NCBI GenBank assembly: GCA_049718765.1
Contig: JBNARI010000005.1
Location: 3,999-67,998, forward strand
Source of the DNA: Bacillota bacterium
GTDB lineage: Bacteria > Bacillota > Sulfobacillia > DUMF01
Length of the DNA: 64,000 bases
Direction of reading: 5' to 3'
The translations under genes were made by a program, and so were the position numbers. The notes beneath the pieces were generated by a model. That model searched no databases. It was not told where the DNA came from and was given only the letters and a program-made list of their open reading frames with translations. How positions within the stretch are numbered: position 1 is the stretch's first letter; every line of letters starts with the position of its first letter. Shown here in pieces: positions 20,007 through 29,111 of this stretch.

Positions 20007-20999
20007 TCATTGCTTGCCAGTAAGGTTCAGGTCTTTGACTACTTGCTGAACCCTGGGATACAGACTATCGAGGAACGCCTTGAAACTCGCTGCGTCCCTA
20101 AAGAAGGGATCGTATTTTGCCTTGGTTGCTGCATCCATGAACTCAGGATTCTTGTACGCCTTGACGAAGGCGTCTTCCAGGACCTTCTTAACGTCTGATG
20201 GAACCCCTTTGGGAACGGCAATGGCCCTCCACGACTCATACACTACGTCGTAACCCAACTCCTTGAGGGTAGGAACGTCGGGATAGTCAGGCATACGCTT
20301 CTCAGCCGTCACTGCCAGAAGCCTGATAGTGCCCTGCTTGATGTGCTGGTCAGCCAGGGAAATGGTATTCATCTGTGCATCAATGTGCTTTCCAAGGAGC
20401 GCAGCGTTGAGGTCAGGGGAGCCCTTGAACGGGACTATCGAGAACTTCGCACCAGAGGCCTTTTCCAGTAATGCCACTGCCTGGTGGAACACCCCTCCCA
20501 GAGGAGTAGTGCCCATCTTGACCGTTTCCGGTTTGGCTTTAGCTGCATCGATTAGGTCTTTCAGTGACTTGTACGGGCTATCCCCGTGTACCATGATTCC
20601 AAAGGGCTGCGCTGTGAACTGGAGCAGGTACTCGAAGTCGTCATACTTTACCGGCGAAGTGCCCATCGCCTGGTTGGTCAATATGTCGAACGTCACAAGG
20701 CAAATAGTGTAGCCGTCCTTCTTGGCACTGGCAGCCTGAGCCCAACCAAGGGCTCCATTGGAACCTGCAACGTTTATGGGAGTGATGCCCACGCCTAGCT
20801 CCTTCTCGGCGTACTTTGCAATGAGTCTGGCGGCAAGGTCCGATGCCCCTCCAGCAGGCCAGGGGATTATCATCTCAATGGGTTTGGTGGGGAACTTATT
20901 GACTTGACTTCCAGAACAACCCGCAACTGTCACCAACAAGAATGCACTCAATAACACCGCGGCCATGCGTCGCGCCACAAGCGCCCTTTCCTTGGTCAT
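20007..20999 (-). CDS. tctC: Tripartite tricarboxylate transporter substrate-binding lipoprotein TctC (Bug family)
   Basis: Lipobox (VTVAGCSGS) and a Bug/TctC periplasmic binding fold. Confidence 0.8.
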   Translation of the reverse strand: MTKERALVARRMAAVLLSAFLLVTVAGCSGSQVNKFPTKPIEMIIPWPAGGASDLAARLIAKYAEKELGVGITPINVAGSNGALGWAQAASAKKDGYTICLVTFDILTNQAMGTSPVKYDDFEYLLQFTAQPFGIMVHGDSPYKSLKDLIDAAKAKPETVKMGTTPLGGVFHQAVALLEKASGAKFSIVPFKGSPDLNAALLGKHIDAQMNTISLADQHIKQGTIRLLAVTAEKRMPDYPDVPTLKELGYDVVYESWRAIAVPKGVPSDVKKVLEDAFVKAYKNPEFMDAATKAKYDPFFRDAASFKAFLDSLYPRVQQVVKDLNLTGKQ

Positions 21000-21029
21000 G
21001 TTGACAGTACCCCCCTTTTGAACAATAAA

Positions 21030-21332
21030 TTATACCATCTTGCTCAGAGCTTCTTCCCCGGACATGCCCTCTACCACTCCAAGCTCCCTGGCAGCAGCTG
21101 TCACCCCGTCAACCTTTGCGGTGAGAATATCCTCAGGAGAGGAGACACCCGTCACTCTAGCAGCCACAATCTTGCGGTCCTTGTGGAGTCCATCCAACCT
21201 GACCACGTCCAGAAGCCCGCACATCACATATCCCTTGGGTGCCACTGCAACCAACAGGTTTGTCTTGGGAAGCGCAAGGGAAATGCCCACGCAAATGGTG
21301 TCCCCAACTCTCAGGGGCACCATGGAAATCAT
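21030..21332 (-). CDS. DUF1805 (YunC-like) protein
   Basis: 100 aa with a pattern shared with YunC/DUF1805 (LPKTNLLVAVAPKGYVMCGLLDV...EGMSGEEAL). Confidence 0.6.
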   Translation of the reverse strand: MISMVPLRVGDTICVGISLALPKTNLLVAVAPKGYVMCGLLDVVRLDGLHKDRKIVAARVTGVSSPEDILTAKVDGVTAAARELGVVEGMSGEEALSKMV

Positions 21333-21584
21333 TGGCTCACCTCCTTGGCAAAATGCTAAACAATTCTAGATCTAATATCTTGCGTACAATGACTATTTCT
21401 CCTTTGGACCTCAAACTCCTGCTCCAAAATGAGCCTGGAATGTGGTCTGTGGAGTACCAACAGCCCCTGTCGCCTGCTCACGCAAACATACGGAAGCGGC
21501 CCAAAACAGTGTGCACTACGTGCTGAGGCTTAGCCCATCTGGGGCCATTCAGGGCAGTTGGGAGTGTGGGGTCCAGTCATAAAG

Positions 21585-21613
21585 CGGGGGATGGCGTCTG
21601 TCGCCATCCCCCG
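21585..21613 (-). terminator. Intrinsic terminator after the sugar-binding protein gene
   Basis: Perfect 12-bp inverted repeat cgggggatggcg/cgccatcccccg with a 5-nt loop, followed on the minus-strand RNA by CUUUAUGAC. Confidence 0.6.
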
Positions 21614-21624
21614 TTCTCAGGGTA

Positions 21625-22770
21625 TCAGCTAGTTGGTATCTTCCAGCCTGCAGGAGGTCTCGATACCCCTTCGAAATTGAAGGTGTCCACGTTGGATTTG
21701 TCTACAATAGTGAGGGGAGTCCAGTACTGTTTCAGCAGCTGGTCCGCTTTGCCTTGGAGCGTCCAAATGGCAGCCCTCACGCCCCACCTGCCCATTATGG
21801 TGGAAGACTGCACCACTGTTGCGGTAATGCGTCCGTCGCGGATGGCCTTAATGCAATCGTCCTGGGAGTCAGTGGTAGTGACCACGATCTTCCCAGCCTT
21901 GCCCGCAGCAGCGATGGCCTGGGCTGCACCCACACCCAGGAAATCGCTTCCAGTGAACACCCCGTCGATTTGTTTGTAGGCCTGCAGGGCGTCCTCCATT
22001 TCCTTCATGCCCGCCGCCGGATCAGAATCCAGGAACCTTTCTGCGATGATCTTTATGTTGGGGCAGTTTTGCTGCATGTAATCCTTGAACCCCTTGGCCC
22101 TGTACATTGCCCAGGTTGTGCCGGCAGGCCCATCCAACATGAGCACGTTGCCCTTGCCGTTTAGCTTCTTGGCCATGTACTCAGCATGCATTCGCCCAAT
22201 CTGCTCGTCGTCAGAACGAATCCTGGTGACTACTTTCTCGTTCTTGGTCATCACGTTCACGTTGATTACAGGGATGCCCGCCTTTGCCGCGCTGTCCACC
22301 ACCGGAACTGTGCCTTCTAGGTTCACGGCAACCAGGATGATGGCGTCCACGGGCATCGCAATGAGGTCTTCCACCTGTTTGACCTGGCGCTCCAAGTTGG
22401 CGTAGCCTCCAGCTTCAAACAGCACAACTTTGGCCCCGTACTTGGCAGCTTCGTCGAAATAGCCATAAGCCTGGGCGACGAAGTGCGGATTGGCCAGGTG
22501 TGGCAAGGCTACTCCTATGGTATACTGCTTGTCGGGTTTGGGCGGCTCCGGCATTTCTCGAGAATCGCCTGGTTTGGAATATTCGTAGGCCCGGGCGATC
22601 TTGGGGTCCTTTGCCGGGGCCTCCTGCTTCTTGGGAGCCTCGGTTTGGGCTGGCTTTGAGGTTGTGCAACCCGAAGTAGCCACCAACACGAGCGCAAGTG
22701 CAACACACAGCCACACAAGCTTGTACCGACGCACTTTTCCATACCTCCTTTTCCTGATGACCACGAACAA
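21625..22770 (-). CDS. Sugar ABC transporter substrate-binding lipoprotein (ribose/galactose-binding family), intact
   Basis: Lipobox LVATSGC and a periplasmic binding protein type I fold (...VVTTTDSQDDCIKAIRDGRITATV...), 381 aa. Confidence 0.8.
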   Translation of the reverse strand: MFVVIRKRRYGKVRRYKLVWLCVALALVLVATSGCTTSKPAQTEAPKKQEAPAKDPKIARAYEYSKPGDSREMPEPPKPDKQYTIGVALPHLANPHFVAQAYGYFDEAAKYGAKVVLFEAGGYANLERQVKQVEDLIAMPVDAIILVAVNLEGTVPVVDSAAKAGIPVINVNVMTKNEKVVTRIRSDDEQIGRMHAEYMAKKLNGKGNVLMLDGPAGTTWAMYRAKGFKDYMQQNCPNIKIIAERFLDSDPAAGMKEMEDALQAYKQIDGVFTGSDFLGVGAAQAIAAAGKAGKIVVTTTDSQDDCIKAIRDGRITATVVQSSTIMGRWGVRAAIWTLQGKADQLLKQYWTPLTIVDKSNVDTFNFEGVSRPPAGWKIPTS

Positions 22771-22823
22771 GCGATCAGTGAGCCCAAGCGTGCGACTGCA
22801 CCCGCAAAGTCATTACCACCCCC

Positions 22824-23622
22824 TTACGCTACCTGAGGTTTCTCTTGTTCAATGTGTTTGGCGTTACCGCAGCCAGTTGCCAATGATTTGCCATGAGCAG
22901 CACGCCGAAAAACGTGTCCACCATTGTGCCTTCGCCTCCCTTCAGGCTTGTGCCGCCAATTACAGCTGGTGCCACCGACTCCGCTGAAACAATAGGCGAC
23001 TATCTTGTATCTGGCCACGTTGATCCCTGAAACAAATGTGGCTTCCTCGTTGCCGCCGATCGCGTAAAGGTATCTGCCTGCCACGGTCCATGTAAGGAAC
23101 ACGTACCCCACTCCAAACTCCCAACCAGGCGAAAGAGTCCGGAAGGCCCGTTACCGGCATGCCATTGGTATATGTGAATGCGGCTCCTCGCAAGAAAGAC
23201 AGCCCGCCCATGGTCACTATGAACGCAGGCAGCTTCAGGTACGCCACTAGGGAGCCTTGCACCATGCCAATTGCAAGCCCCAAGGCTAACGCCACCACAA
23301 TGCCAAAGGCGATGCCCCGGCTTACGATTCGGGTGGCAGCCACAACGCACATGAGGCCCAGCACTGATCCCTGTGACAAGTGCACGCCACCGGTGAGGAT
23401 CACCATGGTCTGCACCACCGAGGCAATAGCCAGGATCGACGTCTGCCTGGCCATGTTGGTAAGGTTGGAGGATATGCAGAAGTTTGGGTTGATCGAGCCA
23501 AAGCACAGGGACCAAAATAGTATCGCAGCTGGAAGTGCTGCCTTGTTCCACGACAACCCTCCCATCCACCGCCGGCGCGCCACTTCAGGTTCCACCACTC
23601 CAATCACCCCTGTAGCCAGCAT
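22824..23622 (-). pseudogene. Sugar ABC permease (RbsC-like) disrupted by frameshifts
   Basis: Permease sequence is spread over three overlapping reading frames: 22960..23622, 23000..23569 and the C-terminal piece 22824..23111 with a [11 protein letters not shown] motif. There is no single intact ORF. Confidence 0.7.
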
Positions 23623-23624
23623 TC

Positions 23625-24606
23625 ACCATAGTTTCTACTCCCAAGGCGTAGTTCAGGATTCGTTCCTGGCTGGCCCTGGCAGTTTCCATCTCGGCCACCA
23701 TCCTGGCAGCCCTCATCACGTAAATCCTGAGCTCGGAGGAGATCATCGGGATGCCGGCACCGTTGGCCACCAACTCGTTCATGAGCTGATACACTTCCAC
23801 CTTTGGGCCCACGTCGGTCCCCCTAGTTGGTTCGTCGAAGATGAACACATCAGATCAGGCGCATAGCCACCTTGCAAGAACCACTTTTTGCTGGTTTCCT
23901 CCGCTCAAGTGGAGCACTTTCTGGAATAAGCTGGGCGTCCTCATGTTCATCCTACAAAGCTACCCGCAACCTCCAATTCCTTACCCAAGCTCACCAGGCC
24001 TCTTGAGCACAACTGACCCAGGGAAGCAAGGGTGACGTTGTCCTTCACCGACATGGTGAGCACAAGGCCATGCACTTTCCTTTCCTCTGGCAGGAAGGCA
24101 ATGCCAAGACTGATTGCCTCCTGGGGCAAGAGATTGTCACCTACTTTCCCTCCAGTAGTTCTGCCCAGGCCGAATAGGGTCCTCGCCGGCTCAGTTCTTC
24201 CAGTGCCAACGAACCCAGCTGGATCCAACTCCGTTTCAAGCATCCCCAGCTGATCCTGGCTCTGCCTGAGTAGTTGAGTCCAGTTCATGAAAGCCAGTTT
24301 GCCCACTTTCACTCGGGGCTCCATGCCAAGGAAAACCTTCTCGGCAACGCTCAGGTAAGGCACGAGATTGAACTCCTGGCATATAGTGGCTATCTCGAGC
24401 TTTTAGGCATGGCAAGGGTCCTGGATCTCCACCTCCTGCCCGCACACCTTGATCGTGTCGGCATCCTTCCTGTACACCCCAGACAAAACCTTGATGAGGG
24501 TCGACTTCCCTGCGCCGTTTTCTCCCACCAGGACGTGAGCTTCAAAATCAGCGCTGTTCAGGGCCACAACTCCCTTTGCCTCGATGAGTGCCTGCTCTTA
24601 CATGGC
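23625..24606 (-). pseudogene. Sugar ABC ATPase (RbsA-like, duplicated ABC domains) disrupted by nonsense and frameshift mutations
   Basis: The N-terminal Walker A (GENGAGKS) is preceded by an immediate in-frame stop after the ATG. An in-frame stop lies between the LSGGNQQKV signature (about 23900) and Walker B (IFIFDEPT, about 23840). The fragments 23947..24363 and 23585..23848 are in different frames. Confidence 0.75.
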
Positions 24607-24783
24607 ATACAACAAGACTCAGGCTAACTCCCTTGCTGATCAAGAGGGCAGAAAGTTGCAGGATGTGTTACGAGATGCCTACTACGTGCGGTCCGTTGTC
24701 GAGTCATGCGGGTTTCGCGTCTCTGCGGCGACCGGTCAACAAGTTGCACTGATCTGCAAATCTGCAACGGATTATGGTCTGAC

Positions 24784-25539
24784 CTATTCTAGACAGCGTA
24801 AAGCTCCAGCCATCAGTGGTGCACCTTCATCGACTACTTTGTCGAAAACGGTCTCTACTTCGGACAGGTGCATTGCCATGGCGTTCCTAGCCTTGTCCGG
24901 ATTCCGTTCCGCAATGTACTCCAAGATACGGCTGTGATGCTCAATCGAGGACTGCTTGATAGTCGGGCACTCCTCCACAAGCCTCGAGTGGGCTTCAGCC
25001 AGCAGGTGTCTCACTGCAGCAAACAATTCGTACAAGACGCGGTTTCTGGCCGCACTGGCTATGCCCATGTGAAACTTGAGGTCAGCTTCGATAAACCGTG
25101 AAACGTCTGTTTCAATGGATGCCTTCATGTTGGCGATGGCGTCACTCAGGCACCCAATGTCCTCTGGGGTTCGCCGGACAGCCGCAAGGGCAGCGAACTC
25201 CAGTTCCAGTAACCTGCGGGCCTCTAGCAATTCCCTGAAGGTCATGTTCTCAAGTATTGCCCTGTAGCGCAAGGGTTCTACAAGGGACTGCCCACAGCTG
25301 CTAACGAACGTGCCTTCTGGGTTCCTCGAGACCAGTCCAGCAGCAGCAAGGCCCTTGAGCGCTTCGCGCACAGACGACCTTCCCACCCCAAGTCGCCTAG
25401 CCAGCTCGTGCTCTGGAGGGAGTTTATCCCCTTTGCGCAGCGCTCCTTCCTCTATGAGGCGCTTAATCTCCTCCATCACTGCGTCGGCTACAGTGCTCTT
25501 CTTTATTCTGTGCAAACCTTTCTCCGAGTTTGGGTGCAT
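24784..25539 (-). CDS. GntR/FadR-family transcriptional regulator
   Basis: wHTH (LPPEHELARRLGVGRSSVREALKGL) plus an FCD domain. It lies upstream of, and co-oriented with, the decayed sugar operon. Confidence 0.8.
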   Translation of the reverse strand: MHPNSEKGLHRIKKSTVADAVMEEIKRLIEEGALRKGDKLPPEHELARRLGVGRSSVREALKGLAAAGLVSRNPEGTFVSSCGQSLVEPLRYRAILENMTFRELLEARRLLELEFAALAAVRRTPEDIGCLSDAIANMKASIETDVSRFIEADLKFHMGIASAARNRVLYELFAAVRHLLAEAHSRLVEECPTIKQSSIEHHSRILEYIAERNPDKARNAMAMHLSEVETVFDKVVDEGAPLMAGALRCLE

Positions 25540-25653
25540 TGGCGGATCCTCTGTTGTCGGTATTATCTGATTGTCTCATAGTTCGACATCTTTGGGAAAA
25601 CTCCTTCCCCCTGAAGGAAATGATCACCTTTCCAGAGAACTAAATGAAGTGGA

Positions 25654-26358
25654 ATGCGTTGCCTAAGAAAGCTCGTCAAAATCATACCGGTGGTAGTAAC
25701 CATGTACCTGTGTGCCGGGCTGACTTTGCCAGTTCAAGCCCGAGCTGCAGCAGCTTCCCTCAAGGCCGGCGCCAGGGGCCCAGACGTAGTTTCACTCCAG
25801 CAAGGCTTGCAGGTATTGGGGTACTATAGGGGGCCAATTGACGGGATCTTTGGGGCTGGAACTGCCGACGCAGTCAAGTCATTCCAACGGCAGCATGGGC
25901 TAGTTGTTGACGGCGTGGCTGGTTCCAACACCTTGTCTGCCCTGGGGCGCGCCATGGCTGCTGCTTCCGGCTCCCGATACCCGGCTGACTCTGCCCAGCT
26001 CATAGTGACCACTGCAAAGAGTCTGCTTGGGGTGAAATACAGTTGGGGAGGCCACACTCCCAAAGGGTTTGACTGCTCTGGCTTTGCCTATTACGTGGTA
26101 AACGCTGCCGGGGTCCCTTTCCCCAGGGACATACAATCCCAGTTTAAGTGTGGCATTGCCGTGGAACGCCGGGAGCTAATGCCCGGAGACCTGGTGTTCT
26201 TTACCACCTACGCACCTGGACCCTCCCATGTGGGGATTTACCTGGGCGATGGGGAATTCATCCACGCGTCCTCAGCCAGGGGCCAGGTGGTCATTACGCC
26301 CCTAACCAAGCAGTACTATGCAAAGCGATTCATTGGAGCCCGGAGGCCTGCTAAATGA
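25654..26358 (+). CDS. Secreted NlpC/P60 peptidoglycan hydrolase with N-terminal PG-binding domain
   Basis: Signal peptide, a PG_binding_1-like region (GARGPDVVSLQQGLQVLGYY...) and the catalytic Cys-His of NlpC/P60 (YSWGGHTPKGFDCSGF ... HVGIYLGDGEFIHAS). Confidence 0.85.
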   Translation: MRCLRKLVKIIPVVVTMYLCAGLTLPVQARAAAASLKAGARGPDVVSLQQGLQVLGYYRGPIDGIFGAGTADAVKSFQRQHGLVVDGVAGSNTLSALGRAMAAASGSRYPADSAQLIVTTAKSLLGVKYSWGGHTPKGFDCSGFAYYVVNAAGVPFPRDIQSQFKCGIAVERRELMPGDLVFFTTYAPGPSHVGIYLGDGEFIHASSARGQVVITPLTKQYYAKRFIGARRPAK

Positions 26359-27151
26359 CGCCCCTTTCCACTAGTTCCTGGATGAGTTGGCTCATGGTAA
26401 GCCCAGCTTTTTCACGAATGACAACTTCTGCCCGCCAGTCGTAAGGAGTGGGCTCCATGTTTATGATGGCAAGCCTTCCGGCCAGCCTAGGGAGGTACGC
26501 AGCAGGCGCGACCTGAAGGCTAGAACCAATCACCAGCATGAAGTCAGAGCGGTTGGCTTCCTCCACAGCTTCCGCAAACGCAGGCGGCATTGGGTCTCCG
26601 AACAGCACCACGTCTGGCCTCATCTTGCCCCCGCATTCGCACCTGGGAGGAACTTCCCCAGCCTTGGCCTTCTCAGCTAGCTTACAGAAGGGGAACTTGC
26701 GCCCACATTCCATACACGTGGCTTCCCTCAGGTGACCGTGCACTTCGATTACCCTTCTTGAGCCTGCCTTCTGGTGCAAGCTGTCTATGTTCTGAGTGAT
26801 CACTGCCTTCAACAATCCTGCTTGTTCCAACCGTGCCAGAGCCTTGTGTGCCTCGTTGGGCTCAACTTCCGTGAAAGCCCCCAACAAAGAAAGTCCTGTG
26901 GTGTAAAAAAGGTCTGGCCTGTATTCAAGGGCATCAGCCGAAAGCACTTCCATGGGATCCACCTCTTCCCAAAGGCCAGTACCCCTGCCCCGGAAGTCAG
27001 GCAGGCCGCTTTCAGTGGACACTCCGGCACCAGTGAGCACTACGAAATGGTTTGCCGAACAAACCAGATCCGCCAGGCGCGACACGTTGGGATTCCCTGC
27101 AACTACCATTCTAGCTCTTGCACCTCCAAGCACCCCGGCGGCCCTCACCAT
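26351..27151 (-). CDS. Sir2-family NAD-dependent protein deacylase
   Basis: GAGVSTESGLPDFRG, a zinc ribbon (CMECG...CECGG) and the Rossmann fold. The start was moved to MVRAAG, which removes a 200-nt overlap with the upstream transporter. Confidence 0.8.
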   Translation of the reverse strand: MVRAAGVLGGARARMVVAGNPNVSRLADLVCSANHFVVLTGAGVSTESGLPDFRGRGTGLWEEVDPMEVLSADALEYRPDLFYTTGLSLLGAFTEVEPNEAHKALARLEQAGLLKAVITQNIDSLHQKAGSRRVIEVHGHLREATCMECGRKFPFCKLAEKAKAGEVPPRCECGGKMRPDVVLFGDPMPPAFAEAVEEANRSDFMLVIGSSLQVAPAAYLPRLAGRLAIINMEPTPYDWRAEVVIREKAGLTMSQLIQELVERGVI

Positions 27152-28560
27152 GGGGCAAAGCCCAGGGCAGGCCATAGGGCTGCGGATATGGCCGAAGTAA
27201 CCACCACTGACACCAGGCTCAAGGCTAAGCCGGGTGCAAACAAGTCCCTGTTCTGCAACTTGCCCGTTGAATATACGGTAAGGTTTGGCAGGTTCTGGGT
27301 AACCAGCACGAACCCGTAGAAGGAAGCAACCCCGGCAAGCATGCACATCCCCACAGCGTTGTGTCCAGTGGAAACCGACAAGGAAACCAGCAGGGGCATG
27401 GTAGTGGCAATCACAGTCAGGCTGCTGGTCATGAGCAGGTGGTACAACACCAGGGCAGAGCTAATGAGAAGCGCACCAACGAATGGAGTGAACAGGCTGG
27501 CCCGGAGAGCATCGGATGCAAAGAGAGCTCTGGAAAGGTAGGCCGCGGCTCCACTGGAGTTGAGGGCATTGCTCAGTGACACCGATGCCCCTACGAGCAG
27601 CACAATATCCCAGCTTATGTTAAGAAGCTTGCGCCATTCGGCCACCCCTATGCCTGGTGCTGCTAAAAGCAATACCCCTAGTGCGGCCGGCAGGGAAGAG
27701 TGCCAGCCAGTAATCGGCTCGGCTGCCCACAACCCCACCACCAGGGCAAGCACTGCCAGGCACTTCTTCTCCTGGGTGCTGACCTTGCCCATACGCTGCA
27801 GTTCAGCTGTGAGAAGTTTCTTGAGTTGGAGGGAAGCAGACGCAGGCACCTTGCACAGCTGACCCAGCACAAGCCAGGTACACCCCAGGAGCGCTACGGT
27901 CAAGGGCACCCCCACTTTCAGCCAGTCCCAATAGCTAATGGTTACTCCAGTTAAGGTCCTGAACAGATCCACGGCGAACACGTTGGAGACAGCTGCAGTG
28001 AGGGTAGTGAGTCCAGTCACTGTGCCACCGTACGCAAGACCCAGGAGCATCGTCTTGGTGAACCGTTCACCAAGGCCCAACCTTTCCGCCTCATCAGTAA
28101 GGCTCTGGACAAGGGGAAGCAGAAGTGCAGTACGCACCCCATAGCCAGGAATCGCAAAGCTGAGCACCAGCTGCACCAGGAAAAGGCCTAAAAGCCAGCC
28201 TTTCGGCGTTGGGGGAAACTTGCCCATGACTGCAAAAGCCAGCCGCTTCCCCACTGGCGTTTGGTTCACCGCTTCCGCAATCATAAACCCCAAAGTTATG
28301 AGGAAGACTGATGGTGAGGCCATGCCTGCCAAGGATTCTTCAAGGCTACACGTGCCGCTCAGGCACAGGGTGAGGATTATGGCGATGGACGACATTGTTA
28401 CCGGGATTGCCTCAGTAAGCCAGAGTATCAGGGCTCCAAGGCAAATTCCCACCACCTTGATGCCCTTTAGGGAAAGCTCCGCAGGCGCAAACTTTGCCCA
28501 GATTGCCACCGACAGTAGAATCGCAACAGCGCAGACAAGCAGCTTCTTTGCTGAAGCCAT
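27145..28560 (-). CDS. DASS/SLC13-family anion (di/tricarboxylate or sulfate) transporter
   Basis: 471 aa, polytopic, with inverted-repeat topology and conserved SNxxxV hairpin-tip-like motifs (LSNALNS). Confidence 0.7.
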   Translation of the reverse strand: MASAKKLLVCAVAILLSVAIWAKFAPAELSLKGIKVVGICLGALILWLTEAIPVTMSSIAIILTLCLSGTCSLEESLAGMASPSVFLITLGFMIAEAVNQTPVGKRLAFAVMGKFPPTPKGWLLGLFLVQLVLSFAIPGYGVRTALLLPLVQSLTDEAERLGLGERFTKTMLLGLAYGGTVTGLTTLTAAVSNVFAVDLFRTLTGVTISYWDWLKVGVPLTVALLGCTWLVLGQLCKVPASASLQLKKLLTAELQRMGKVSTQEKKCLAVLALVVGLWAAEPITGWHSSLPAALGVLLLAAPGIGVAEWRKLLNISWDIVLLVGASVSLSNALNSSGAAAYLSRALFASDALRASLFTPFVGALLISSALVLYHLLMTSSLTVIATTMPLLVSLSVSTGHNAVGMCMLAGVASFYGFVLVTQNLPNLTVYSTGKLQNRDLFAPGLALSLVSVVVTSAISAALWPALGFAPW

Positions 28561-29111
28561 CAGAACTCCACCGACTCCAGGGCCGGCACACCGTTGTAGT
28601 AGTGGTGCTTGACCAGGCGCATTTCGGTAACTGTGTCGGCTGCTTCAATGATCTCGGGACGCGCGTACCTTCCCGTGAGCACCACATGGGTGGCTGGGTT
28701 TCTGTTATTGATCAAGCGGAGCACTCTTTCTATGGGCACCAGGCCATAATCGATAGCCACGTTTATCTCATCCAAAACAACAATATGATATTGTCCCGAC
28801 GCCACAGATTCCTCGGCGAGGGCAAGGCCTTCTGCGGCAAGCCTAATGTCGTCGGGATGAGGCTTGTCCCGGGAAACGAAACAGTCCCGGCCTGACTTCA
28901 CCACTTTGATTTCGGGAATCCGCTCAGCAGCTAGCACTGCTTCGCCGTACTTGTTCCCTGACCCCTTCATGAACTGAATGACCAGGCTCTTTTTGCCATG
29001 TCCTGCAGCGCGCATACAAAGGCCGAAGGCAGCAGTGGTCTTCCCCTTGCCATCCCCCGTGTACACAATGCATAGGCTTGTCCTTTTCCCTTTTTCCACC
29101 GCATTTTTCAC
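28560..29111 (-). CDS. Cob(I)yrinic acid a,c-diamide adenosyltransferase (CobO/BtuR type)
   Basis: P-loop YTGDGKGKTTAAFG and the CobA/CobO fold. A GTG start overlaps the upstream TGA stop (GTGA), indicating translational coupling. Confidence 0.8.
   Translation of the reverse strand: MKNAVEKGKRTSLCIVYTGDGKGKTTAAFGLCMRAAGHGKKSLVIQFMKGSGNKYGEAVLAAERIPEIKVVKSGRDCFVSRDKPHPDDIRLAAEGLALAEESVASGQYHIVVLDEINVAIDYGLVPIERVLRLINNRNPATHVVLTGRYARPEIIEAADTVTEMRLVKHHYYNGVPALESVEF

Noticed and set aside
26351-27346. Long N-terminal extension of the Sir2 ORF (331 aa)
   Set aside because: The extension overlaps the last 200 nt of the DASS transporter gene and lacks sirtuin similarity. The internal Met at 27151 gives a canonical-length protein.
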